This document shows positions 18,535-27,735 of a stretch of 64,000 nt of DNA, piece after piece. Numbering within the stretch: position 1 is the stretch's first letter; each line of letters opens with the position of its first letter. The notes below the pieces were generated by a model. It made no database searches and was not told the origin of the DNA. It worked only from the letters and a program-made list of their open reading frames with translations. The translations under genes and the position numbers were made by a program. The DNA is from Candidatus Ghiorseimicrobium undicola (GTDB lineage Bacteria; Omnitrophota; Gorgyraeia; Ghiorseimicrobiales; Ghiorseimicrobiaceae): contig PCWA01000035.1 in the NCBI GenBank assembly GCA_002796125.1, positions 457-64,456 of the forward strand, given 5' to 3'.

Positions 18535-19849
18535 GATGCCTATTTTTATAAAATCTAAACAATATTTTAGCCAAGCGCAAAAGGTTATCCCCGGTGGGGT
18601 AAACAGCCCGGTGCGGGCGTTTGGGGCTGTGGGCGGGGAGCCTGTTTTTATTGCTAAGGGCAAGGGGGCTTATATTTGGGATGTTGACGGTAATAAATAC
18701 ATAGATTATGTTTTGTCCTGGGGGCCGATGATTTTGGGGCATGCGGATAGCTTGGTAATAAAAGAAGTTACCAAAACCCTAAAAAATGGCACCAGTTTCG
18801 GCGCGCCTACTAAAAAAGAAACCGACTTAGCAAAGTTAATTAGCGAAATTTATCCTTCAATTGAAAAGGTGCGTCTTGTTTCATCCGGGACAGAGGCGGC
18901 AATGAGCGCAATACGGCTTGCGCGCGGGTATACCGGAAAAGATAAGATAATCAAGTTTGAAGGGTGTTATCATGGCCATTTTGACAGCCTGTTGGTTAAG
19001 GCAGGCTCAGGCCTGGCCACTTTTGGCGTGCCGTCATCCGCCGGCGTAACCAAAGGGATCGCGCAGGACACTATAACCTTGCCATTTAATGATATCGTGA
19101 AAGTAAAAGAGGTTATTGAGAAAGAAAAAGATAATCTTGCCTGCGTAATAGTCGAGCCGGTTCCGGCAAATATGGGCGTTATTTTACCAAGGGATAATTT
19201 TTTAAAAGAACTGCGGGAGATTACGCAAAAGTATAATATCGTTTTAATTTTTGATGAGGTAATCAGCGGTTTTCGTCTAGCCTTAGGCGGGGCGCAGGAA
19301 GTTTTTGGGGTTAAGCCGGATTTAACGGTTTTGGGAAAAATTATCGGAGGCGGATTTCCCATAGGCGCTTTCGGCGGGAAAGCCCAAATAATGGGATATC
19401 TCTCGCCGGGTGGGCCGGTATATCAGGCAGGGACGCTTTCCGGAAATCCTGTGGCGGTAAGCGCGGGCCTTGTCACGATAAAAAAACTCACGAAAAAAAA
19501 CGTATATCGGAAATTAGACGCTATAGCAGAAATACTCATTGGAGAGCTTTGTAAGATAAGCGCGAAAGCAGGGCAGAGGATAGTAATAAACCATATTGGT
19601 TCATTGTTTACAATATTTTTTGCCCCGACGCTTCGGTCGGGGCAGGTTGACAAAAATGTAATCTCTAATTATAATGATGTCTTAAATTGCGACCTTAAAA
19701 AGTTTGCCGGCTTCTTCAGGGGCATGCTTAGGGATGGGGTATATTTGGCGCCTTCGCAGTTTGAGGCAAATTTTATCAGCGCCAAACATATATTGAAGGA
19801 TATTAAAAATACCTTAAGTGCGGCTAAAAAAGTTTTAAGATCGTTGTAA
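18527..19849 (+). CDS. hemL: Glutamate-1-semialdehyde 2,1-aminomutase
   Basis: IPGGVNSPVRAF, SSGTEAAMSAIRLARG, FEGCYHGH, LIFDEVISGFR, GKIIGGGFP, QAGTLSGNP. Confidence 0.97.
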   Translation: MNKMPIFIKSKQYFSQAQKVIPGGVNSPVRAFGAVGGEPVFIAKGKGAYIWDVDGNKYIDYVLSWGPMILGHADSLVIKEVTKTLKNGTSFGAPTKKETDLAKLISEIYPSIEKVRLVSSGTEAAMSAIRLARGYTGKDKIIKFEGCYHGHFDSLLVKAGSGLATFGVPSSAGVTKGIAQDTITLPFNDIVKVKEVIEKEKDNLACVIVEPVPANMGVILPRDNFLKELREITQKYNIVLIFDEVISGFRLALGGAQEVFGVKPDLTVLGKIIGGGFPIGAFGGKAQIMGYLSPGGPVYQAGTLSGNPVAVSAGLVTIKKLTKKNVYRKLDAIAEILIGELCKISAKAGQRIVINHIGSLFTIFFAPTLRSGQVDKNVISNYNDVLNCDLKKFAGFFRGMLRDGVYLAPSQFEANFISAKHILKDIKNTLSAAKKVLRSL

Positions 19850-19868
19850 AAACGGAGAGGAGGAAGCT

Positions 19869-20663
19869 GTGGCGCAGGGCTTTAAAAAAATAGTTATCAT
19901 AATATCAATATTGTTTGTTTTGCTTGTAGTTTTTTCAGTTGCCGCTATTGTTTATACCGAGAGGCCGAAATTTTGTATCAGCTGCCATATAATGGACCCT
20001 TATTACGCTTCATGGGAAAAATCCGCGCATAAAGAAGTGAATTGCCTGGAATGCCATTATGAGCCGACATTAACCGCGCATGCCTTAGGCAAGATTAACG
20101 GTTTAGTTCAGGTAGCGCAGTATCTGACTAAGCGGTATTATGGCAGGCCTACGGCTGAAGTCAGCGATGCTTCATGCTTGAGGGGCGGATGCCACCTAAG
20201 AGAAGAGATTGCGGGCAAGGAAATACTTTTTAAAGATAAGATCCGGTTTACGCACGCCAGCCACCTTGAGAGCGTTAAAGGAGGCATTGAGTTGCGCTGT
20301 ACCAGCTGCCATGCGCAAATAACCGATGATGAGCATATCGCCATAGATAAAAATGCCTGTTATATCTGCCACTTTAAAAATGTAAATGCTAAAGAGCTAA
20401 AATTTGAGTGCCTAAAGTGCCACAGTATTAAGGTATCCTCAGGCGAGCATAAGGAGTACGCGGAAAGCCCGATGGCATGTTCGGACTGCCACGGTGAGAT
20501 AAAATTAGGCGATGGAAATGTGCGCGGCCAGATTTGTTTATTTTGTCATGCCGACAAAGAGGCAATAGAAAACATAAAAGACAAAGAATTGATGCATAAA
20601 GCGCATATAAAAGAAAATAAAGTGGATTGCATCAGTTGTCATGATTTTATTGAGCATAAATAA
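19869..20663 (+). CDS. Membrane-anchored NapC/NirT-type multiheme cytochrome c (8 CxxCH + 1 CX4CH), putative quinol dehydrogenase
   Basis: N-terminal TM helix, then TERPKFCISCHIMDPYYASWEKSAH (NapC/NrfH-like); RBS GGAGG. Confidence 0.8.
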   Translation: MAQGFKKIVIIISILFVLLVVFSVAAIVYTERPKFCISCHIMDPYYASWEKSAHKEVNCLECHYEPTLTAHALGKINGLVQVAQYLTKRYYGRPTAEVSDASCLRGGCHLREEIAGKEILFKDKIRFTHASHLESVKGGIELRCTSCHAQITDDEHIAIDKNACYICHFKNVNAKELKFECLKCHSIKVSSGEHKEYAESPMACSDCHGEIKLGDGNVRGQICLFCHADKEAIENIKDKELMHKAHIKENKVDCISCHDFIEHK

Positions 20664-20702
20664 TTAACCGGATTATTAGAAAAAAAGAAAGGGGATTTTG
20701 AA

Positions 20703-21233
20703 ATGGCAAAAAAAAGTTTAATTTTAACCATTGGCTTATTGTTTATTTTTTGCGGATTATCCGTAGCCGAAGGAGAGCATAAGTATATCGGTGTTAAGAA
20801 GTGTTCAATGTGCCATCAGTCTGATGCAAAAGGCAACCAGTACAAACAATGGCTCTCTACCGCGCATGCTAAGGCTTATGAAAGATTGGGCAGCCCAGAA
20901 GCTAAAGAAACTGCCGAAAAAGCAGGAGTATCGGGCAATCCTCAAGAAGTAGGCCAATGTTTAAAGTGCCATATAACCGCCTATGGCGCAGATGGAAGCT
21001 TATTAGATTCCGGATTTAAGAAAGAAGACGGTGTGCAGTGCGAAACATGCCATGGAGCAGGAAGCGATTATATGGCAATGAGCGTTATGCAGGATAGGGA
21101 TAAGGCAATTGCCGCGGGCTTGATTATGCCTACGGAAGAGGTCTGCGTTAAATGCCATAATGAAGAAAGCCCGAATTTTAAAGGTTTCAATTTTGACGAG
21201 TATTATCCAAAAATAGCGCACCCAAGGCCGTAA
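20703..21233 (+). CDS. Periplasmic tetraheme cytochrome c (c554-like family)
   Basis: Signal peptide; YIGVKKCSMCH...W..TAHAKAY; CLKCH; GVQCETCHGAGSDY; CVKCH. Confidence 0.85.
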   Translation: MAKKSLILTIGLLFIFCGLSVAEGEHKYIGVKKCSMCHQSDAKGNQYKQWLSTAHAKAYERLGSPEAKETAEKAGVSGNPQEVGQCLKCHITAYGADGSLLDSGFKKEDGVQCETCHGAGSDYMAMSVMQDRDKAIAAGLIMPTEEVCVKCHNEESPNFKGFNFDEYYPKIAHPRP

Positions 21234-21251
21234 TAAAGGCCTTAATAATAA

Positions 21252-21339
21252 GGATGCAAGCTTGCTGTTGACGGGTTTTTTTGAGATGTTGAATCTTTTA
21301 ATCTGTTGAATCTGCCCCCAGCCGCCTGCATCCGTTTTT
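21252..21339 (+). terminator. Long stem-loop followed by a T run (terminator or RNA stabiliser)
   Basis: ggatgcaagc...gcctgcatcc followed by gttttt, right after the tetraheme gene. Confidence 0.45.
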
Positions 21340-21343
21340 AAAA

Positions 21344-22405
21344 ATGTCGATTAAACAAACTAAAATCTGGAAATTTTTTTCATCCATGCAATTGGCAATA
21401 TGGCTATTGGCCGTTATTGCTCTTTTTTCTCTTGTGGGGACCCTGATACCGCAAAATCAGCAGGCCGCTGAATATATTTCGCGCTACGGCCATACGGGTT
21501 ATGAAATTCTCCTAAAAACCGGCCTGCTGAATATGTATTCTTCATGGTGGTTTATTTTTCTTATGGGGTTGCTTTCTTTGAATTTAAGTGTTTGTCTTAT
21601 TAATAGATTTTCGCCGCGCCTGCGCCTTCTCGGGACTTTTTTATCGCATTTCAGCATACTTATGATATTAGCCGGCGCTTTGACAGGAATGTTTTTTGGA
21701 GAAAAGGGCTATGTGCAGATTAAAGAAGGCCAAAGCATAGATTCATTTATCTCCAAAGGAAAACCGGTAGCCTTAAATTTTTCCCTAAAACTGGAAGATT
21801 TTATTTATGAAGAATACATCGATGACGAGGAAAATCTTTTGGTCTATGATAATGAGGGAGCATTGCTTTTAGAGCTCAACGCAGGGGATGATAAAAATAC
21901 CGCAATTGCTGATAGCGGCTACAGCATTAAGATATTGCGCTACGTGCCTGACTTTTCCATGGACTTATCAACAAAGGAAGTCGTAAGCCGGTCACAGGAG
22001 CCGATAAATCCGGCATTGCAGGTTGCGCTTACGGATAAAGATGGCAATTCCGTAGAGTCTTGGGTTTTTGCCCGCTATCCTGATGTCCACATGTCGGCGG
22101 AGAAAAAATTCAATTTTAAATATCAATGGAAGATGCGCAGGCCCAAGGAGTTTATAAGCAGGGTTGCGGTTATAAAAGATAGAGAGATAGTCAGTGAAAA
22201 AGATATAAAGGTAAACAGCCCTTTAAAATACGGCGGCTATGCTTTTTTTCAATCCAGCTATGATAAAGAGAGCTTGGCATGGTCGGGCTTACAAATAGTT
22301 AAGGATCCGGGCGTGCCTATTGTTTATCTGGGTTTTATTTTGCTTATATTTGGGCTGTCGATTATATTTTATGTCAACCCTGCCCTAAGAAGCCGGGCGA
22401 CATAA
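21344..22405 (+). CDS. ccsB: Cytochrome c biogenesis protein ResB/CcsB (system II)
   Basis: FFSSMQLAIWLL..GTLIPQ, YSSWWF, FLSHFSIL (conserved His), VNSPLKYGGYAFFQSSY, KDPGVPIVYLGF. Confidence 0.88.
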   Translation: MSIKQTKIWKFFSSMQLAIWLLAVIALFSLVGTLIPQNQQAAEYISRYGHTGYEILLKTGLLNMYSSWWFIFLMGLLSLNLSVCLINRFSPRLRLLGTFLSHFSILMILAGALTGMFFGEKGYVQIKEGQSIDSFISKGKPVALNFSLKLEDFIYEEYIDDEENLLVYDNEGALLLELNAGDDKNTAIADSGYSIKILRYVPDFSMDLSTKEVVSRSQEPINPALQVALTDKDGNSVESWVFARYPDVHMSAEKKFNFKYQWKMRRPKEFISRVAVIKDREIVSEKDIKVNSPLKYGGYAFFQSSYDKESLAWSGLQIVKDPGVPIVYLGFILLIFGLSIIFYVNPALRSRAT

Positions 22406-22419
22406 AGTTTAATCCGGAG

Positions 22420-22581
22420 TCAATTCGCACCGCCTTCAGCGGTGCCCATTGAATAATAACAATATCCCTTGCCTAAGCATCGGGGTAAATCTCTTTGATA
22501 TTTACCCCGATAGGCTGCGGGATCAATTCGCGCAAATAACTTACGTCGCTCTTCGAGCTCCGTAAGTTATGCGCTCATTGA
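22420..22581 (+). repeat. Modular palindromic element, copy 1 (mini module B, module A, module B)
   Basis: Module A tcccttgcctaagcatcggggtaaat...atttaccccgataggctgcggga; module B aattcgcgcaaataacttacg...cgtaagttatgcgctcattga; homologous to the elements at 39496 and 46584. Confidence 0.85.
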
Positions 22582-22590
22582 GGTGATAAA

Positions 22591-23361
22591 ATGCTTCCCG
22601 TATACTTAAATATCAGTTTTGCCGCGTATTTTTTATCAATGTTTTTTTATTTCGCGGCTTTATTTTTTAAACATAAAGCCTTGTCTCTGGCCGCGAGGAT
22701 TTTCTTGTGCCTTGGGGTTGCGGGTTTGACGGCTTATATGCTGCTGCGTTGGCAAGTAGCGCAAAGGCCGCCACTTTCTAATATGTTTGAGTCTGTGGTA
22801 TTGTTTGCTTGGGTGGTGGGCCTGGCAGGATTTTTTATCGATATGCGCTACAGGCTTAAGATTCTGGCAGCATTAGTTTCAGCCTTGAGCCTATTAACGC
22901 TCGGTATCAGTTTTTTATTGGATAAAGAGATAGTACCTTTATTGCCTGCTTTAAAAAGTAATTGGCTTACTATTCACGTATTAACATGTTTTATCGGTTA
23001 TGCCGCCTTGACCGTTGGTTTTGTGGCTAGCGTTGTTTTGTTGTTAACTGATGAAAAAACAGATATCTTGGATGCCATAAGCCATAAAACAATCGCCTTT
23101 GGATTTTTATTTCTGACATTAGGTATTGTAAGCGGAGCGGTCTGGGCAAATTCGGCCTGGGGTACATATTGGAGCTGGGACCCGAAAGAGACATGGTCAT
23201 TGATTACCTGGTTTATATACGCGATATACCTGCATGCGCGGTTCAGAAGAGGCTGGAAAGGGAAAAAAGCCGCCTGGTTTTCTATTATTGGGTTTTTGGC
23301 TATGTTATTTACTTATTTTGGAGTAAACTATTTATTGAGAGGGCTGCATAGTTATGCCTAG
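22591..23361 (+). CDS. ccsA: Cytochrome c biogenesis protein CcsA/ResC (system II)
   Basis: PPLSNMFES, PALKSNWLTIHV, WANSAWGTYWSWDPKETW (WWD domain), GLHSY. Confidence 0.95.
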   Translation: MLPVYLNISFAAYFLSMFFYFAALFFKHKALSLAARIFLCLGVAGLTAYMLLRWQVAQRPPLSNMFESVVLFAWVVGLAGFFIDMRYRLKILAALVSALSLLTLGISFLLDKEIVPLLPALKSNWLTIHVLTCFIGYAALTVGFVASVVLLLTDEKTDILDAISHKTIAFGFLFLTLGIVSGAVWANSAWGTYWSWDPKETWSLITWFIYAIYLHARFRRGWKGKKAAWFSIIGFLAMLFTYFGVNYLLRGLHSYA

Positions 23362-24205
23362 AGCGTTTGGAGTCAAAAATACTATAATTTTAATTTTTAT
23401 ATGTGCTTTTATTTTTCCGGCGCTTTCCTTTAGCGCGCTTGTATTTGCGCAGGAGAGCGAATTTAAGGAAAAATGCCGCTCCTGCCATAAGGAGGTTTTG
23501 GATAAATGGGATATGTCAGCTATAAAGCATTATCCTTATCGTGAAGGAAAGTGTGAGTCTTGTCATGCGGCAGAGCACAAAAAATTTACGGCGGAAGCGG
23601 GCAAGCCATGTTTGATTTGTCATGATTTAACGTCTGAAAAAATAAAGAACAGCCATTTTTCTGTAAATTTAAGTGATGTCGATTGTTTTTCATGCCATTA
23701 TACGCATAGCGCGGAGAAAAAAGGATTATTGAAAGAAAGCGTGCATATGCCGTTCTCTTCCGGCATGTGCGAAATGTGCCATAGCGTTGACGGGGGTAAA
23801 ATAAAAGTAAAAGATATGACTAAAAAATCGTGCCTTGCCTGTCATGGTACTTTGGTAAGCAAGGACGATTCAGTTAAGCATATGGGCTATGAAATGCAGG
23901 AATGTGTGGATTGTCACAATCCACATACTTCAAGCCACGAAAAACTTTTAAAAAGCTCTGTTTCTGAGAACTGCTTTCAATGTCATGATAGAGAACAGGC
24001 TAAGAAGCACCCATACGATGTTAGCGTATCTTCGCGTATTTTAAATAATATGCTTGACAAAGATAAGAAAATATGGTTAACTTATAGCAACAAAATAAGT
24101 TGTACGAGCTGTCATCTTCCGCATTCCGCAAGGATCCCATTTTTGCTGAGAGATTCTCTTGATCAGGGGGAGCTTTGCAATCATTGTCATATAAAAAGTA
24201 AGTAA
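23354..24205 (+). CDS. Periplasmic decaheme cytochrome c (paired-CxxCH family)
   Basis: Signal peptide (VFA|Q); 10 CxxCH; CxxCHxPH...LL...CxxCH modules. Confidence 0.88.
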   Translation: MPRAFGVKNTIILIFICAFIFPALSFSALVFAQESEFKEKCRSCHKEVLDKWDMSAIKHYPYREGKCESCHAAEHKKFTAEAGKPCLICHDLTSEKIKNSHFSVNLSDVDCFSCHYTHSAEKKGLLKESVHMPFSSGMCEMCHSVDGGKIKVKDMTKKSCLACHGTLVSKDDSVKHMGYEMQECVDCHNPHTSSHEKLLKSSVSENCFQCHDREQAKKHPYDVSVSSRILNNMLDKDKKIWLTYSNKISCTSCHLPHSARIPFLLRDSLDQGELCNHCHIKSK

Positions 24206-24222
24206 AGTAGAGGAGTGAAAGC

Positions 24223-25221
24223 ATGGAAAAGAGAAATATTTTTTTTGAAAGATTAGTGAAATTTTTCACGGTGATACTTTTCACTATTTGTTCGCTATTT
24301 TTTGTCGGTTTTCTGCCATCTTTTTGCGAGTCTGCCCCTTCGGGGAAAATAACACATAAATACTTATTTGAGATAAAACCCGATGCAAATAAAATCGGCG
24401 CTTTAAACCAGCCGGCAGATATAGCGGTTGACGTATCAGGTAATTTATATGCTGCTGATACGGTAAATAGCCGCATAGTAGTTTTTGATGCCTCGGGAAA
24501 TGCTAAATTCGCTTTCGGCAGGCATGGAACCGGAAAGGAAGAATTAAGCGCTCCTATGGCTTTAACCGTTGATTCAAAAAATAAAAAGGTTTATGTGGCT
24601 GATTCTTCAAATTACCGCATACAGATATTTAAGACCGACGGCATTTTTCTATCATCCATTGATTTGAATAAAGATAAGACTGGCGAAGAAAAAGATGTGC
24701 GCCCCATAGGGATTGCCGTAGCCGGAGGCGGCAACATCTATGTATCCGATGCGGATAATAACTATATCCGTATATATTCTTCGGATGGTAAATTTTTATC
24801 GAAATTCGGCGGATTTGGATCGGAGAACGGCAAGTTCTGCATACCGGTAGGCTTATTTGTAGATGCGGATGATAAGTTATACGTAGTGGATATGAATAAT
24901 TCCCGGCTGCAGGTTTTTGATAATCAAGGGAATTTTCTATTTAAAATCGGCTCTGCCGGAGACGCAAGAGGCGATTTTGGCAGGCCTAAAGATGTATGCG
25001 TGGATGAGAATGGGTTTATTTATGTTTCTGACGGAGCAAATTTGGTCATCCAGATTTTTGATAAGAACGGTGAATTTATTGACTTAATAGGTGCGGAGAA
25101 AGAAGTTGATTTACAGTTTGCTTCTCCGTTTGGTTTGGCGGTATTAAATGGACGCCTTTATATAACGGACAGATGGAGAAATAGTATCAGAGTTTATGAA
25201 ATTGAGGAGGTGAGTAAATGA
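24223..25221 (+). CDS. NHL-repeat six-bladed beta-propeller, exported
   Basis: Repeated PxDIAVD..GNLYxADxxNxRIxVFD units; hydrophobic N-terminus. Confidence 0.9.
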   Translation: MEKRNIFFERLVKFFTVILFTICSLFFVGFLPSFCESAPSGKITHKYLFEIKPDANKIGALNQPADIAVDVSGNLYAADTVNSRIVVFDASGNAKFAFGRHGTGKEELSAPMALTVDSKNKKVYVADSSNYRIQIFKTDGIFLSSIDLNKDKTGEEKDVRPIGIAVAGGGNIYVSDADNNYIRIYSSDGKFLSKFGGFGSENGKFCIPVGLFVDADDKLYVVDMNNSRLQVFDNQGNFLFKIGSAGDARGDFGRPKDVCVDENGFIYVSDGANLVIQIFDKNGEFIDLIGAEKEVDLQFASPFGLAVLNGRLYITDRWRNSIRVYEIEEVSK

Positions 25222-26318
25222 AAAAGGTTTTTGTTTTGCTGGCGGGGTTTATTTTTGTGGTCGCGGCTTACGGAACAGCCGTAGCCGGTGTTGCCAATAC
25301 CGATCACGATATGTATGCAGAGGGCAAGGGCACAGATCCCAATGTATGCGGTTACTGTCATATTCCGCATAACGCGGTTGGTAATAAAATCTGGTCTGAC
25401 TGGGGTAATGAAGCACAGCTTACATCAGGCCCTTCCAGCCCGATAGGGAACATGTGTTATACCTGCCATGACGGGACAGCAACTAATGCGGGCCAGACTA
25501 CAGTATTCAATACGGCTCTTCAGCAGCATAAAGTAGGCGGGACCGCCGACTGTAATAGTTGCCACACCGTTCATGATAATACTAACGGTAAATTTGTTGG
25601 TATTGTCGCGACTCAGAGCGCAAATACAGAATTTGCCACTTACTGCGAAACTTGCCATGATGCGACTCAGTATCCCGGGGCAGAGATTCACGGTGACCAC
25701 ATTGCAGGCAGTGAGCATCCCTATAAAGATACTGGTGCGTTGCTGGATACCAGCTGTAACGCCTGTCATCAGATGCACGGAGCTGTTAATTACACAACCG
25801 GTTCTTTAACTAATCCGATATTAAAAGCGGATAATACTGATTCGGCGTTTTGCGCCGGATGCCACCCCGCTAAAATACAGGCAACTTCAGGAGCTAATAA
25901 ACATCCTGCTAATTTAACATCGGGAGGGGCTTGGGGTAAGGTTGATTGTCAAGCCTGTCATGACGTGCATCAACCTAATGATCCGGGCAGGCCGTTTGTA
26001 TTACTGGATGATAATGTTGATTCTGCTTATTGCCTTAGTTGTCATGATGCTTCAAGCACGACTAATGGCCCTAAGATTGGAGCCAATAGCCATCCTGTGG
26101 GGGTCGGTTTTAGTGTTACGCCTACGGATCCGACGCTTACTCCTGCCGGAGATGCCATTGATGATAATAACACCGGCGGGCCGGATTATCCGGGAAATAG
26201 TTCGAGCATAGTTTGCGAAAGCTGTCATTCCATACACAGCAAAGGAGTAGCGGCTCCGCTCTTGCGTATTACCGCAGGCGCGGGCACATTATGTATTAAT
26301 TGTCATCCGAACAAATAG
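25218..26318 (+). CDS. Secreted decaheme cytochrome c, OmcE-like paired-heme family, paralog 1 (likely the major subunit)
   Basis: Signal AVA|GV, no lipobox; 10 CxxCH; N-terminus HDMY..CGYCHIPH..IW..CYTCHDG; C-terminus HPV..CESCHSIH..PLLR..LCINCH; strong SD GAGGAGGTGA. Confidence 0.88.
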   Translation: MKKVFVLLAGFIFVVAAYGTAVAGVANTDHDMYAEGKGTDPNVCGYCHIPHNAVGNKIWSDWGNEAQLTSGPSSPIGNMCYTCHDGTATNAGQTTVFNTALQQHKVGGTADCNSCHTVHDNTNGKFVGIVATQSANTEFATYCETCHDATQYPGAEIHGDHIAGSEHPYKDTGALLDTSCNACHQMHGAVNYTTGSLTNPILKADNTDSAFCAGCHPAKIQATSGANKHPANLTSGGAWGKVDCQACHDVHQPNDPGRPFVLLDDNVDSAYCLSCHDASSTTNGPKIGANSHPVGVGFSVTPTDPTLTPAGDAIDDNNTGGPDYPGNSSSIVCESCHSIHSKGVAAPLLRITAGAGTLCINCHPNK

Positions 26319-26344
26319 ATGCAGTAATGTTTTAGATGATAATA

Positions 26345-26382
26345 GGGAAGGGCTACTATTGTTTGATGGTAGCCCTTTTCCC
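26345..26382 (+). terminator. Stem-loop after paralog 1 (attenuating terminator or 3' stabiliser)
   Basis: gggaagggctactat-tgtttg-atggtagccctt-ttccc. Confidence 0.6.
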
Positions 26383-26396
26383 ACAAAAAGATTTTA

Positions 26397-26518
26397 ACCC
26401 GCCTTCGCGGAATTCTCCGCCTTGTAAGGCCGGGATGGATAGCTGAGGAATTCCGCTTCGGCGAGGTTTTCGCCGAAGGGAAGAGAAAGATTCTACGCTC
26501 TTACAGGCGTGGAGCTTC
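26397..26518. mobile_element. Non-autonomous palindrome cluster resembling IS200/IS605 end hairpins (PATE/REP-like remnant)
   Basis: Two related hairpins attctccgccttgtaaggccggga and attctacgctcttacaggcgtggagcttca, plus stems gcggaattc/gaattccgc and cttcggcga/tcgccgaag; no transposase ORF. Confidence 0.45.
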
Positions 26519-26529
26519 AAAAAAATTTA

Positions 26530-27678
26530 ATGAAAATTATACATACCGGAATTATTTTGACGTCATCAATTTTTTTATTCTCTATAGCCGATTTGTCTTT
26601 TGCCGGAGTCGCCGGATCCCGGCACGACATGTATTTTTTGAGCAAAGGAACCGACCCTAATCCCTGCGCATACTGCCACATACCGCATAATGCCGCGGGT
26701 GATAAAATCTGGTCTGACTGGGCAAATGAGGCTCAACTCACCAGCGGCCCGTCAACGACCATTGGTAATATGTGCTATACCTGCCATGACGGGACTGCCA
26801 GCTATCGCGGCTTAAATAGCGTATTTAATCTTTCTCTGCAGCAGCATAAAATATCTGCCGGCCGGGATTGCGATATGTGCCACAGTGTGCATGATAACAC
26901 TAACGGGCAATTTATGAATATAGCGGGTAAGCAGAATTCTTATTGTGCCGCCTGTCATGATGCTGCGGTTAATGCCGGAGGGTTAGGCGACCATGTAAGC
27001 TATCCCGCGAATCATCCAAATTGCGGAGGGTGCCATGGAGTATTTGAACTGGATTCATTAGGGGCAAACGGCGATGATGCCAGCTGCCACCTTTGTCATG
27101 CTAAAGCTCACGGCGCGGTAAATTATACGGCAGGATCGATAACTAATCCTATATTAAAATCCAATAATACGGATAGCCAGTATTGCGGGCTTTGCCATCC
27201 GGATTTGGTCCAGGCGAATTCAGGCGGCAGCAAGCATCCGGCCAATACATCAGGCAGTGCTTATGGTAAGATAACATGCCAGTCATGCCATGACCCGCAT
27301 CAGCCCGGGATAACAAACCAGCTGTATCTATTGACGGACAGCAATATAGACTCGCAGATGTGTATTGATTGTCATAACGGTTCCAGCGGCCCGGACATCG
27401 GGCATTCTCATCCTAATCAAGTTAGTTTTGGCACTATTGTTCCTGTAGATGCTTCGCCGCAGACAGGTACCCCTCCGGGTAATCAAATAAATGATAATGA
27501 TTATGATGATGGACATTCGGATCCGGATACTTACCCTGATTATCCCGCTAATTCCGCCAGCATGATATGCGAAACCTGTCATAGCGTGCATCGCAAAGCG
27601 GATAATGCCGGAATAAAACTTTTAAGAATAACCAATACTAATTCGGCATTGTGCTTAAACTGCCACACGGACAAGTAA
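26530..27678 (+). CDS. Secreted 11-heme cytochrome c, OmcE-like paired-heme family, paralog 2
   Basis: SFA|GV signal; 11 CxxCH; same scaffold as 25218 plus an extra CGGCH insert. Start likely ATG 26530, because the track's GTG 26509 lies inside the repeat. Confidence 0.88.
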   Translation: MKIIHTGIILTSSIFLFSIADLSFAGVAGSRHDMYFLSKGTDPNPCAYCHIPHNAAGDKIWSDWANEAQLTSGPSTTIGNMCYTCHDGTASYRGLNSVFNLSLQQHKISAGRDCDMCHSVHDNTNGQFMNIAGKQNSYCAACHDAAVNAGGLGDHVSYPANHPNCGGCHGVFELDSLGANGDDASCHLCHAKAHGAVNYTAGSITNPILKSNNTDSQYCGLCHPDLVQANSGGSKHPANTSGSAYGKITCQSCHDPHQPGITNQLYLLTDSNIDSQMCIDCHNGSSGPDIGHSHPNQVSFGTIVPVDASPQTGTPPGNQINDNDYDDGHSDPDTYPDYPANSASMICETCHSVHRKADNAGIKLLRITNTNSALCLNCHTDK

Positions 27679-27720
27679 GTATAGAGTATTGGGTATTGAG
27701 TATAGAGTATCGAGTACGAG
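27679..27720. repeat. Heptamer tandem array (GTATTGA-like x6)
   Basis: gtataga gtattgg gtattga gtataga gtatcga gtacga. Confidence 0.8.
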
Positions 27721-27735
27721 AATTAAAAATTAAAA

